Source: a virus
Taxonomy: Duplodnaviria > Caudoviricetes
IMG/VR virus record: IMGVR_UViG_3300033562_000623
Span: 1 to 27,607 of that record
Strand: one strand, 5' to 3'
Length of the DNA stretch: 27,607 nt
The notes under the pieces were generated by a model. It did not search any database and was not told where the DNA came from. It saw nothing but the letters and a program-made list of their open reading frames with translations. The stretch's first letter is position 1. The number at the start of each line of letters is the position of its first letter. This document shows positions 15,468 to 24,989 of the stretch, in pieces. Made by a program: the position numbers and the translations under genes.

Positions 15468-18400
15468 TTATAAAAATGGAACCTCTTCTTCATAGACCGG
15501 ATGCCCATTCAAAAAGCATGGTGATACGTATGGTCTATCCGATAAGAACCATTCTAGTCCGCCATCAATAGTTGCATTAGACATTAGATTCTTTTTGGCC
15601 TTCTCAAGCAAGTCATCAAAGTATTTGTGGTCAATAAATTCCTCCATGTTTAGAGACTGTACTGTTTCCGATTCCATCCATCTACTTCCTTTAGCCCCAG
15701 AAGCATAGTGATACTTATCATCAGCTTTTCTTAATAGACGACCCGCCCCAGAACCCAATCGAATAGGCGTGAATCTACCAGTCTTTCCTATGAAATGATA
15801 ATCGTGGTTCTCAGGAATTCCATCATCCCCATATTTAGCATCCTTATCAAAAGGAACCGCAGCTAGATTCTCATCCATGTCCAGATATAAAGCTGACTGA
15901 ACCGAAAACGTCTCACACATGTCATCAAACTCCAATTCTTCACCGGAGAATAATGTTTTAAATACATACGGAACAGAGAATTGTTTTCCAGTAGAAGTCC
16001 ATTGTCCAGGATGTTTTTGATTATCCTTAGGAACAAATCCATCATAAAGGGCCGCACACTGTTCAGCAGTTGAATATTTTGCAACATATACAGCATCATT
16101 TACTAGACACATACGATCATAGGTAGCCTCGTGCTCAAATTCATATCCATATTCTTTACCATACTTATCTACAAAGGCCAATATCTCTGGTGTAGCGTCT
16201 GGAATCTTAATTGAGTCTGTTTTAATATGTGCAACTGTAAATCCAAGTTCTTGAACACGTCGTCTAAGATTACACATAAACAACGCTCCCCTTTTAGCTA
16301 CAATATTATCCATGTTTCTATCATCCCTAAATGCATTGGAAAACCTTGCACAGGTTAAGCCATACACAGAGTTGATGACTGTTTTGAGGGCTAGAGACAA
16401 GGCATCCAATATTACCGCATCATCAGATATAAACTCTCTCAGAGCACCCCCTAGAAGCCCTTCTAAGGCCTTAAAATCGCGATGTTTGATAGCTATTCGA
16501 CCATACACTACCTCCAAGAACCGTTTTGTATATGGACCTAATATCCATTCCTCAATGGCACTTGTAGGATGCATTGAAACTATATCTTTTAAAGCAACAG
16601 CACCATGCATTCCTGGTTCGGCATATACTTCACCGCCCTCTCCTATTTCTTCGCCCATGTATGTAGATTTACCCATGGCGAACTTATATCCAGGGAAGAA
16701 TGGCATAATACTATATCCAGGAGGAAGTTCTTTTCCGGGAGCATAGGCCTCGTACGTTGGTTCTCCAAACTCATCAAATACTCTAAATTCGGTTCTTTCG
16801 TATTTCTTACACAATTCTTCATATTGAGAATAATGTACGGGCTTTCCTAGGTCTCTCCAGTTGAATACTGTTCCGGACTTACCATTAGGATTTCTTTCAC
16901 GTCCGAAGATGATACGAGTAGAAAGAGAATTGGTTGTATCGTTTACAGACATCCCGGCAATCTTAGCCAAAGCTTTCCTAGCCAACCAGTCTCCCTGATT
17001 TGCCTCAAATACTTCTTCGGTAGCAAGTACATCCCAGTCGCAATACTCGGACACGAGAGGAATGAGATGATCAGGCACTGGTGAATCCCAATCTAAACCT
17101 AATTCTTGGTGGTGAATCTTTAATTTTATTTCCCATTTCTTAAGACTCATTTTGTTAACCGCAGCTAGGAAGTCATAAATATCAGAGTAAGACAAGTTGT
17201 ATGCCTGACCAAACTTACCATTAGTTTCTCTACTTTGCTTCTTGTCTATGATTCTTTTTGATAATTGATAAACCTCATATAAAGAAGCTCCCATCATTCT
17301 AGCATAGAGAATATGGTTATCGTAATCTCGATTGTTAAAACCAATTTGTTTCATATTAAAGAATCCAGATAGTTCAGATGGTTCTGGGTTTATAAGCGTT
17401 CGTATTGGATTACCCTTACCACGTTGCTTATACTTTACTAGTAATAAGTTAGGAAAGACCTCGCAGTCAAAGAAGAATATATCTGACTCGTCCTCACTAA
17501 AACCAGCCCCCATTAGGTCATCAAAAGACATATTTGGTTCTTCTGTTTCAGACGCAAATTTCATAGTTCCTACTTTTCGCATGCAGGCAGAAGCACCATT
17601 AGAACTTTGTGAAGCAAAACTACTTATGGCAGCTCTCATATCTGATACATCATATTTAAGATCACTATTATAAGCATCCTCTAATATCTGATGAATAAAG
17701 TTAATGCTTGGAGAGGTATGCTCATGAATCTCTTTACAGAGGTTTCTAGTTATAAGAGTTCTTAAGGCCGCTTCTGATTTAATTTTTTCGTCCTTAATCA
17801 TTTTTTTTACTTCCTCTTTGATTGGTAGCCCAGAGCTGATAGTAGCTACACTCAGGTCATTACAAATACTAAGCAGTCTTCTAAGCGATGACCCCCCTGT
17901 AAAAACCTTTATTTCAGTATTACTATCATAAACTCGACTTAGTTGTGTAGCATCACCAGAGTATAAATAATGTAGATGTAGTCCACCACCACTCTTACTA
18001 GCCTCCGCATAGGTAGGAGGAAATTTCTTGGCCGCTTCAATATTAACTGCAAGAGACTTGTTTCCACTGCTATCCTTACCATCAAAATCAATAACTATAT
18101 GCTGAATCTGTGGCTGAACATAATGTAAAGTAGAAGTTTTTATTGTGGATAAAGTGCTTTTATTTCTATCCCAAGAAGTAGTTGGGGTACCCTCTTTGTT
18201 AGCATACTGAGCCGGACGATCCTTACACGAAGCATCAAAAAAGGAAGGCTGTGGTTTTAACATTAGCCATTCTGGATTATCAATTACTTCTTCTTGTATT
18301 TTATCATCTTCCTCGGTACCATCAAATTGGTCCAATCTAAATCCACTATAATAATTCCTAATTCGAGTGTCGTCAACAGCTCTAAAGCGTTCGTGATACT

Positions 18401-19619
18401 CTTCAAAATAATTCTTTAATTCCTCTTTGAAAGCTCTCCTAGATAATGGATACTGAACACTTGCATCGTCACAATACCTTTTGTATATATCATAAGCCAG
18501 CTGAAGAGTAGTGCTATTATCACGCTTAAAGGTAAAATAACTATCCAGCATAAAATTATAGAAATCATTTGAGGCACCAAGCATATTAATTGGAATATAA
18601 GAATCATATTCGTTCTTGGAACTGTTATACACGTCAACACAATGACATGCAATACCGCCAAGCTCAAATTTAAGTCTTTTGGTTAACGTGTCATATTCTT
18701 TTTGAGTTACTTTACTACCCGATGGAGCAACATCTATAAGTCTTCGTATAAGACCCGATTTAGCATCAGTAATACGAACCGGCTTATTCGTTCCTAGTAT
18801 CATAAAGCATTTAAAATGTCCACCATAAGAACCTTTAAATTTTTCATTTATAGATAAGGTCTCGTGAGAAACTAAACTATTTATTCTTGTGTTATCTTCA
18901 ATCTTTGATAAATCACCATCATGTTGAATAGCAACCAAAGGGTTTGTTCTGAATGACTCCAAGGCAAAGGCGTTGTTGGCTGAACCAAGAGCTTTAGAAT
19001 CAAATACCGCCCAGTAACCCTCAAATAGTTGTTGCACAAGATTTAAAAATGTAGACTTACCAGTACCACCAGATCCGTATAAAACCATGAACTTCTGAAT
19101 CGTTTTTGCATCACCGGTTAATATTGCCCCAATAGCCCATTCTAATTTATGCCTTTCACCATCAGAATAAAGAACTGAAAAAAGCCTCTGATAAGCGTCT
19201 ATGGGACCAGGTTCTAGAGCATAGGGAAGTCTCTTACTAGCAAAATCTTTTTTATTGGTGGGAGTATTAGTAAATATAAGAGTTTCATCGAGAGGTGTAA
19301 AGTTGTCCCGCATTTGTTTTTGACAATATCGGTGCCAATCATCAATAACCCTCGACTCCGAATCCCACATGTATCGAATACTGTACCCGAAAGGAAATTC
19401 AGACTCATGTTCTTTTGCGTATAATTCAAGCTCCATATCGACATAGTGAACTGCATTCTGTTCGTCAGTTGACCACAATCCAGTCTCTTCTAACCATATA
19501 GCATAGAAGTCTCGAGCGCGTATCATGAGATCCTTACTGCTTTTTATAATAAATTTAGGGTATATTTCAGTGACCCCAGATTTAAGGCGCCTTGTCGCGA
19601 CCATTAAAAAATCCATCAT
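15468..19619 (-). CDS. Fused replicase: SF3/D5-like helicase + primase-polymerase (AEP) + 3'-5' exonuclease + family B DNA polymerase
   Basis: LYGSGGTGKST and LGTN (helicase); VIDFD and SKSGGGLHLHY (primase); FFDCEVF, GFNNRDYD and YCDWDV (Exo I-III); DIVSMHP, LKTVINSVYG and HIKTDS (Pol motifs A, B, C). Confidence 0.9.
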   Translation of the reverse strand: MMDFLMVATRRLKSGVTEIYPKFIIKSSKDLMIRARDFYAIWLEETGLWSTDEQNAVHYVDMELELYAKEHESEFPFGYSIRYMWDSESRVIDDWHRYCQKQMRDNFTPLDETLIFTNTPTNKKDFASKRLPYALEPGPIDAYQRLFSVLYSDGERHKLEWAIGAILTGDAKTIQKFMVLYGSGGTGKSTFLNLVQQLFEGYWAVFDSKALGSANNAFALESFRTNPLVAIQHDGDLSKIEDNTRINSLVSHETLSINEKFKGSYGGHFKCFMILGTNKPVRITDAKSGLIRRLIDVAPSGSKVTQKEYDTLTKRLKFELGGIACHCVDVYNSSKNEYDSYIPINMLGASNDFYNFMLDSYFTFKRDNSTTLQLAYDIYKRYCDDASVQYPLSRRAFKEELKNYFEEYHERFRAVDDTRIRNYYSGFRLDQFDGTEEDDKIQEEVIDNPEWLMLKPQPSFFDASCKDRPAQYANKEGTPTTSWDRNKSTLSTIKTSTLHYVQPQIQHIVIDFDGKDSSGNKSLAVNIEAAKKFPPTYAEASKSGGGLHLHYLYSGDATQLSRVYDSNTEIKVFTGGSSLRRLLSICNDLSVATISSGLPIKEEVKKMIKDEKIKSEAALRTLITRNLCKEIHEHTSPSINFIHQILEDAYNSDLKYDVSDMRAAISSFASQSSNGASACMRKVGTMKFASETEEPNMSFDDLMGAGFSEDESDIFFFDCEVFPNLLLVKYKQRGKGNPIRTLINPEPSELSGFFNMKQIGFNNRDYDNHILYARMMGASLYEVYQLSKRIIDKKQSRETNGKFGQAYNLSYSDIYDFLAAVNKMSLKKWEIKLKIHHQELGLDWDSPVPDHLIPLVSEYCDWDVLATEEVFEANQGDWLARKALAKIAGMSVNDTTNSLSTRIIFGRERNPNGKSGTVFNWRDLGKPVHYSQYEELCKKYERTEFRVFDEFGEPTYEAYAPGKELPPGYSIMPFFPGYKFAMGKSTYMGEEIGEGGEVYAEPGMHGAVALKDIVSMHPTSAIEEWILGPYTKRFLEVVYGRIAIKHRDFKALEGLLGGALREFISDDAVILDALSLALKTVINSVYGLTCARFSNAFRDDRNMDNIVAKRGALFMCNLRRRVQELGFTVAHIKTDSIKIPDATPEILAFVDKYGKEYGYEFEHEATYDRMCLVNDAVYVAKYSTAEQCAALYDGFVPKDNQKHPGQWTSTGKQFSVPYVFKTLFSGEELEFDDMCETFSVQSALYLDMDENLAAVPFDKDAKYGDDGIPENHDYHFIGKTGRFTPIRLGSGAGRLLRKADDKYHYASGAKGSRWMESETVQSLNMEEFIDHKYFDDLLEKAKKNLMSNATIDGGLEWFLSDRPYVSPCFLNGHPVYEEEVPFL

Positions 19620-19649
19620 CTCATTTTAAGTCTCCTCTCTGCGAATCTT

Positions 19650-20207
19650 CTATCGCTCACTATCGATAATTCTATCCAAATACCATGACATCTGATCCCA
19701 TATTTCGACTCTTCTTAAGTCAACCGGACAACCGGGGAGAGTAAATAACCCTCCTCGTCCATCGGGACTATATTCAGATCTCATAAATCTTTCTAATACT
19801 TGTTTCGGATAATCATCTGTAGTATATTTGTTGTCAGGAATAAGTAGACCTAAACTATCTACCATTCTCCAAAACCAAACCCCTACTCGATCTCCTTGAT
19901 CCATATCACCCATAGTATCCTCGCCACGTATAGCCAAAGCTAGCATCATATCCAGCATAGAGCATTGGGCAGGATACCAAGGACCGTGAATACGTCCGGT
20001 TGTCTCATAATAAAACGTTTGTATTAAATGTATTCCATCATCAGCCCTATTGGCATCTAGAGGTAGGGTAGGAACATAAATAGTGTTATCAAGCAACGTT
20101 AAAATATTGACATAGGATCGAGGAGTTATTAGCAATTGATAAGCCTCAATTTTACTGTATCGCCAAAGAGTATACTCTCTAAGTAGGATGTCAATACCAC
20201 TATTCAT
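19650..20207 (-). CDS. Conserved phage hypothetical protein
   Basis: DANRADDG...CSMLDMMLALA.R...WFWRMVDSLGL...GRGGLF...VEIWDQMSWYL; sits directly upstream of the replicase. Confidence 0.8.
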   Translation of the reverse strand: MNSGIDILLREYTLWRYSKIEAYQLLITPRSYVNILTLLDNTIYVPTLPLDANRADDGIHLIQTFYYETTGRIHGPWYPAQCSMLDMMLALAIRGEDTMGDMDQGDRVGVWFWRMVDSLGLLIPDNKYTTDDYPKQVLERFMRSEYSPDGRGGLFTLPGCPVDLRRVEIWDQMSWYLDRIIDSER

Positions 20208-20875
20208 TAACTCTCCTCTTCTGGTCCATTATGGTATGCTTCGGCATATGACATATCTTCTTTAGTGATTTCATATAGTGTCCGATTAGCAGTATTTTTA
20301 ACATACATCACCACTCCTGCCTGCTCTCTCAAAAGAGTTGCAAGACTCTCAAAACCTACAGAAAGCATAATGTCATCGTGCTCAACAATGTCCCCATAAG
20401 AATCTGTAAGAACTGAATCTGTATATAAGCTAAAGGATTCTTCCTCATAGCCGTGTGGAACCTCGTCGGTATCAAAATCCATAATCACAAAGCTAGACGC
20501 ATCCGGTTTGATGAGATCTAATTTTTCTACCTCAATAACCCCTGCTAAATCCTCAGCTCGTTTTTTCTTAGAATACGATGTGTAATCAATATTATGCTGA
20601 CTTAATCTTTTACTAAGCTCTTTTAAGGAAGGCTGTTTATATTTCTCCAATAAAGTTCCATTAACCTGTTGAAACTCTGGTAGGCCACCCTCGTCATCGA
20701 CTAGTACAGGATTCTCTGGAATACCATCTCTGTCCGATTCATAATATTCGACTAATGATAGGTATTTATCGTGATCCTCCTTTTCATGTTTTTTATCTAC
20801 AACAACCTTTGTTACTACTCCACCAACGATTAATCCGGAGATGAAAGATATTGCGATTTTTAAGTTATTTGTCAT
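20207..20875 (-). CDS. N-terminally anchored acidic hypothetical protein
   Basis: IAISFISGLIVGGVV anchor; C-terminal MYVKN...LYEI. Confidence 0.8.
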   Translation of the reverse strand: MTNNLKIAISFISGLIVGGVVTKVVVDKKHEKEDHDKYLSLVEYYESDRDGIPENPVLVDDEGGLPEFQQVNGTLLEKYKQPSLKELSKRLSQHNIDYTSYSKKKRAEDLAGVIEVEKLDLIKPDASSFVIMDFDTDEVPHGYEEESFSLYTDSVLTDSYGDIVEHDDIMLSVGFESLATLLREQAGVVMYVKNTANRTLYEITKEDMSYAEAYHNGPEEES

Positions 20876-20887
20876 TTGTAAACCCTC

Positions 20888-21532
20888 CTAGTTTTTAATT
20901 GCTGAAAAATAATGATGGCCTTCTTTAAATAGTCCATATGTATAGGGACCACCTGTATATCGGCCAGTTCTAAAATATGCTACATAATAATTGGTTCGTT
21001 TTAAAAGTTCAGATTTAACAAGCTCTATATCTGAATCCTTTACCGTCACTTGATATCTCCTATTAGAATGCATAGGTTCATATTGAACACAACGGCCTGA
21101 CTTTTGATAAATGACTTCTGTAATTGTATTAGGAAATTTATCTGAATCAACACGATTTAGTACAGTGTCAATCACAAGTCTTCTACCATATTCGCTTTCC
21201 CCCTCGGCTTCGCAAAGCATAAGGAGCGCTAGTAATTCAACTTCTTCCATATTATATTGAGGCTCTGGAGGCTTATTAGGCCTAATTGGTTTAACCGGCT
21301 CTACAAACTCTGATACTGCTTGGGTAGTACCCGTTTCCTCACCAGAGGAAGTTGAAAGGGGTATATTGTTGCTTGAAATAACTGCTATTGGTTGATCTTT
21401 GATACTGCCCGCTACAATTTTATCACAGATTGGCAGGAGGGTCTTTTTTTCAGACCCCGCCCCAACCATAAATAAAAGCATAATTGATACGGCCAGTACT
21501 CTTAATAATCTAGAATTTAATTTACTAGCCAT
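20888..21532 (-). CDS. SleB/CwlJ-like cell wall hydrolase (Hydrolase_2)
   Basis: LLALLMLCEAEGE..GRRLVIDTVLNRVDSDKFPNTITEVIYQ..QYEP...GHHYF; N-terminal signal/anchor and a Pro/Ser linker. Confidence 0.88.
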   Translation of the reverse strand: MASKLNSRLLRVLAVSIMLLFMVGAGSEKKTLLPICDKIVAGSIKDQPIAVISSNNIPLSTSSGEETGTTQAVSEFVEPVKPIRPNKPPEPQYNMEEVELLALLMLCEAEGESEYGRRLVIDTVLNRVDSDKFPNTITEVIYQKSGRCVQYEPMHSNRRYQVTVKDSDIELVKSELLKRTNYYVAYFRTGRYTGGPYTYGLFKEGHHYFSAIKN

Positions 21533-21551
21533 AAGGTACCTCCGTTATTTT

Positions 21552-22589
21552 TTAATTCTCAGTATATACTGGAATAGAATCTTTTCCTGGGGAAGCATTA
21601 TATACTTTCTTACCCGGTTCCACAACAAACTGAGCTGTTTTTACATCCCCTTCAAAATCGTTAAATATATAAGTAACATTCTTAAGGGATATAAAGCAAT
21701 CTGTAGAATCGCCATTCATGAAAGAGTTATTTAGAGGAGACTTATCAAATAGACCAAAATCGATAATTGCAGTTGGCTCCGTGCCATTAGTCTCTTTTTT
21801 CCAGCCCCACATAGCTCCAGCTTTGGTTGGCTTCTTTCCAAAGTCTTTACGAATATCATTCACCGTTACATACTCATTAACGTGTAGTATCGTCTTCCAC
21901 CAGCGCTCACGGCCAATAACAAAGTCCTTATTATATACGGAGTTTTTAGACCAACCATAGCACCCCTCGTTAAAGAAGAATCCAAACATCTCGTCGGTAG
22001 GCCAAGAACCACTCTCTCCTACAACAGTTACAATTTCAGTACCATCTTCTGCAAGGGTGGTTGATAGTTGTTCTTGAACATTGTTACGGATGTTATATTC
22101 CGCTTCCTCACCAAACTTATTTGCAACACGCTTTCTATACTCTCTAAAGCTACTATCTAGAATGGTATATGCTGCTGCCAGTTGAATATTTCTGTCTTTC
22201 ATTATTGAATGTGATTTACAGATTACGGCAAAAGAAGCAACAGTCGTGAGTACAAATGGCCCAAACAGTTTAACATATTCTAAACCGGCTAGAGCATACA
22301 CTTTTGTTAATTCTTTTTTCTCGTTGAACTCTTGATCAAGCACTTCCCCCGTAAGAGGCTCATCATCAATAATAATCTCTGCTTTTACGTGAATTCTATT
22401 AAGTTGCTTTTTTGTTTTCTTATTAACAGCCCCTACCTTAGTAGCAGCCACGCCAATACCTATTTCAGAAATAACGATTCCTAGAATGCCTCCAACGAGT
22501 AATAGTTCTGGAGCATTTTTACTGCCAAAGAATTTAACTTTAGCTAATGCCTTACTAACGGACTGTTTAAATGTTAATTGATCGTTCAT
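21552..22589 (-). CDS. DUF6353-like membrane-associated phage protein
   Basis: KNAPELLLVGGILG...LAAAYTILDSSFREYRKRV..KFGEE...VTVNDI...GAMWGW. Confidence 0.7.
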   Translation of the reverse strand: MNDQLTFKQSVSKALAKVKFFGSKNAPELLLVGGILGIVISEIGIGVAATKVGAVNKKTKKQLNRIHVKAEIIIDDEPLTGEVLDQEFNEKKELTKVYALAGLEYVKLFGPFVLTTVASFAVICKSHSIMKDRNIQLAAAYTILDSSFREYRKRVANKFGEEAEYNIRNNVQEQLSTTLAEDGTEIVTVVGESGSWPTDEMFGFFFNEGCYGWSKNSVYNKDFVIGRERWWKTILHVNEYVTVNDIRKDFGKKPTKAGAMWGWKKETNGTEPTAIIDFGLFDKSPLNNSFMNGDSTDCFISLKNVTYIFNDFEGDVKTAQFVVEPGKKVYNASPGKDSIPVYTEN

Positions 22590-22855
22590 TTTGTAGCCTC
22601 CTGTTTTTCTTTATTTTGTGCATCATCTACGCTGCTTCGTATCCTGTCTATTATAGAGGTAAGGATATCCGAGGTTGAATCCAACGGAATCTCAGTATTT
22701 ATATCTACAAATATTTCAGGATATCTAGTTTCGAAGGTAGCTCTAATAGTTAAGCTCCTTCTAATGGAATCTCTAGACACTTCTATGTCTAATCCGGGAT
22801 AAGTCTTTTCCAGTGCCAAACACTGTTCGGTGAATGTAGGACTCATGTGTGCCAT
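22586..22855 (-). CDS. Hypothetical protein
   Basis: 89 aa; AGGAGGT SD; ATGA overlap with the next gene. Confidence 0.7.
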   Translation of the reverse strand: MAHMSPTFTEQCLALEKTYPGLDIEVSRDSIRRSLTIRATFETRYPEIFVDINTEIPLDSTSDILTSIIDRIRSSVDDAQNKEKQEATK

Positions 22856-22865
22856 GTAATACCTC

Positions 22866-23483
22866 CTATTTTAATGATACTGGTGGTGGGAGTTCGACTC
22901 TATACTTATTTCTAAATGGTACTATTTTAGCGCCACGTATATCTGTCCAACCCCAGTCGTAATCAGTATATTTGGCAGTGACGTTCATTAGCTTACAAAC
23001 CTCATATACTGAAATAGTGCCATAGGATGCTAAAAGGTTACCCACACTTTGCAAGACCTTTTGTCCATCATGATATGAATCTACAATAAGTGTATCAATG
23101 CTCTGCCCTCCTCCAAGTCCAATCGCTCCAGGGATGCCTGGAAGACCAGCTGACGCAACGGATGATAGTATGGAAGGAGCCCCATATCGTTTAGAATAAT
23201 CCACTCCTCCACCATAGCCATATCCGTACCCGCCTCCAAATGGAGAGGAATGAGTATCACCTTTAAATATTAACATATCTGCCCCACGACTTATAAATTC
23301 TGATAATAACTTTTTAGCCGCAGGTATTATGGTTTCTGTTAATAAATATGATCCGACTTTTGATACGTCATCTTTTACAGTCTTTTTAGCCCTAGTCCCT
23401 GAGACGACTGGCTTAATGTCCTTCTCCGGGATGGCTCTAGCGGGTTTCTTTTTCCCGGCATTTGAGTAATCTGTATCGCTCAT
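22866..23483 (-). CDS. Conserved phage hypothetical protein
   Basis: IIPAAKKLL...YGTISVYE...YTDYDWGWTDI...LPPP; central Gly/Tyr-rich low-complexity segment. Confidence 0.8.
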   Translation of the reverse strand: MSDTDYSNAGKKKPARAIPEKDIKPVVSGTRAKKTVKDDVSKVGSYLLTETIIPAAKKLLSEFISRGADMLIFKGDTHSSPFGGGYGYGYGGGVDYSKRYGAPSILSSVASAGLPGIPGAIGLGGGQSIDTLIVDSYHDGQKVLQSVGNLLASYGTISVYEVCKLMNVTAKYTDYDWGWTDIRGAKIVPFRNKYRVELPPPVSLK

Positions 23484-23495
23484 TATGTTCCTCCG

Positions 23496-23684
23496 TTATT
23501 TCTTTTTTATAGCGCCTATTAAATCGATCTTGCTCCCAGCAACCAAATTGGCCTCTTTTTTAAATTGATACTTTAAGTTAGATGTAGCTTTTTTTTCGGA
23601 GATAGCCATTGTCTCTCCATACCATTTGTTAGATACAACCCTGCCAAATAAGGTAACCGGTCCTGTAAACACATATACATCCAT
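23496..23684 (-). CDS. Hypothetical protein
   Basis: Start MDVYV (23684) follows GGGAG. Confidence 0.7.
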   Translation of the reverse strand: MDVYVFTGPVTLFGRVVSNKWYGETMAISEKKATSNLKYQFKKEANLVAGSKIDLIGAIKKK

Positions 23685-23700
23685 ATTATGTCTCCCTATC

Positions 23701-23735
23701 AAATCAAAATAGAGAGAGATTGCTCTCCCTCTTCT
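23701..23735 (-). terminator. Intrinsic terminator, exact 35-bp duplicate of 12584-12618
   Basis: aaatcaaaatagagagagattgctctccctcttct on the + strand. Confidence 0.75.
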
Positions 23736-23752
23736 CCGAACGTTACAAAATA

Positions 23753-23941
23753 CTACTCTTCTTCGTCTTGAAATGTTATATCCAAATCCTCTTCTTCATC
23801 ATCTTCGTCTTCCTGACGATCAACTGTAATCATGTTTTTACTTTTGTTTTCCTTGTGACTTAATACCCCAACGATTACACCAGCCAAACCTAATACTATT
23901 AATCCTTTTCCTACTCCAAATCCTTTTCCTGTTTTCTTCAT
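23753..23941 (-). CDS. Single-TM protein with acidic tail
   Basis: GLIVLGLAGVIVGVL followed by a D/E tail; conserved leader. Confidence 0.8.
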   Translation of the reverse strand: MKKTGKGFGVGKGLIVLGLAGVIVGVLSHKENKSKNMITVDRQEDEDDEEEDLDITFQDEEE

Positions 23942-23985
23942 AATAAATTCCTCCTATAAATTGTTTTATTTTTGTTTGCTATTCG

Positions 23986-24012
23986 CATAAAAGCAACTGT
24001 TTATTTCGCGTG
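23986..24012 (-). promoter_or_regulatory. Conserved 27-bp phage promoter-like element, copy 3
   Basis: CACGCGAAATAAACAGTTGCTTTTATG. Confidence 0.7.
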
Positions 24013-24032
24013 CCCCTGGACACAGTATACAA

Positions 24033-24809
24033 TCATCTTCGCCTATAATTGCCGCTAGGTTTAATTAGGAAATCCAAAATTACAAATGGCTTTCCATCCT
24101 CGGTAACGCCGGCCTCATTTAACTCTGATAACTTGACAATTCCGTCTTCAATGTTCCATCCATTAATGCCGGCTAAATATCCACCGTCATATCCAAGCTC
24201 ATAACATAGTTCAGAATATTCCATATAAACCTCGTCAAACATTCGTTCATTAATTCTATTCAAGGCCTCCCTAACTGATACTTTAGACGAGGTAAACAGA
24301 TGCCCTGTAACTGTGTCATAGAATAATACATCCCCACCAGAGGTTTTTGTTATATCTGAATCAGCTGTGATTGCATCTACCTTCTGTTGAGCCATTTTCT
24401 TGGTTATTTCTTGTTCTTTTTCCTGCCCGATTTGTTCAATAGTAGCTTTTTTGTAATCGCTTAGCATCCCTTGAGAAACACCCAGAGCAGTAGCTAAAGC
24501 TGCAGTTCTCTGAGAAGTAATAGAATTACCCTGAATTATGCACCCAGTACCAGCAACAAAGGTTGATACTGGAATTATACAGTGCTTCCAAGTAACGCGT
24601 ACAAGCTCTTTTTTATCCAAACGCATCTTACCAAGTCTATGCTTTTCCTGTTCAACACTCTCAATGGCGTTTTTAGTAGCAAATATGGTAGAGATCTGGG
24701 ATAAACCAAGTGTCACTAAGCCTGTTATAAGCAACAATTCTGGAGAATGCTCCCCAGAGAACTTCTTGAAGGACGTTACGGCATTAATTCCAACTTTTTT
24801 AATATCCAT
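24033..24809 (-). CDS. DUF6353-like protein, paralogue of 21552..22589
   Basis: EHSPELLLITGL...AALATAL...DYKK..EQIGQEKE...LFYDTVTGHLF...GWNI. Confidence 0.72.
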   Translation of the reverse strand: MDIKKVGINAVTSFKKFSGEHSPELLLITGLVTLGLSQISTIFATKNAIESVEQEKHRLGKMRLDKKELVRVTWKHCIIPVSTFVAGTGCIIQGNSITSQRTAALATALGVSQGMLSDYKKATIEQIGQEKEQEITKKMAQQKVDAITADSDITKTSGGDVLFYDTVTGHLFTSSKVSVREALNRINERMFDEVYMEYSELCYELGYDGGYLAGINGWNIEDGIVKLSELNEAGVTEDGKPFVILDFLIKPSGNYRRR

Positions 24810-24976
24810 TATTTATCCTTCTTTCTGTCCTCTAGAGCCTCTGCTATTTTAGTATTGATCAATTCTTCCTGGTTCTTTGTAGATACATAGTTGGCAACTT
24901 GTGCCGCTATTAAGGTTAGGATCCCAGATGCGAGTCTAATATTCTTTGGTGTTGCCAATCTTTTAAGTAAATTCAT
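24809..24976 (-). CDS. Small single-TM protein (55 aa)
   Basis: Not in the ORF track: MNLLKRLATPKNIRLASGILTLIAAQVANYVSTKNQEELINTKIAEALEDRKKDK; its TAA overlaps the next ATG (TAATG). Confidence 0.75.
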   Translation of the reverse strand: MNLLKRLATPKNIRLASGILTLIAAQVANYVSTKNQEELINTKIAEALEDRKKDK

Positions 24977-24989
24977 AATTAAAGTCCCC

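Noticed and set aside
15863-19456. Alternate-frame minus-strand ORFs 15863..16099, 18416..18667 and 19214..19456
   Set aside because: Nested inside the continuous replicase ORF, short, and without motif or RBS support.
12584-23735. 35-bp direct repeats as att sites of an integrated element
   Set aside because: No integrase is present, the enclosed genes are core replication genes, and the repeat is explained as a terminator hairpin.
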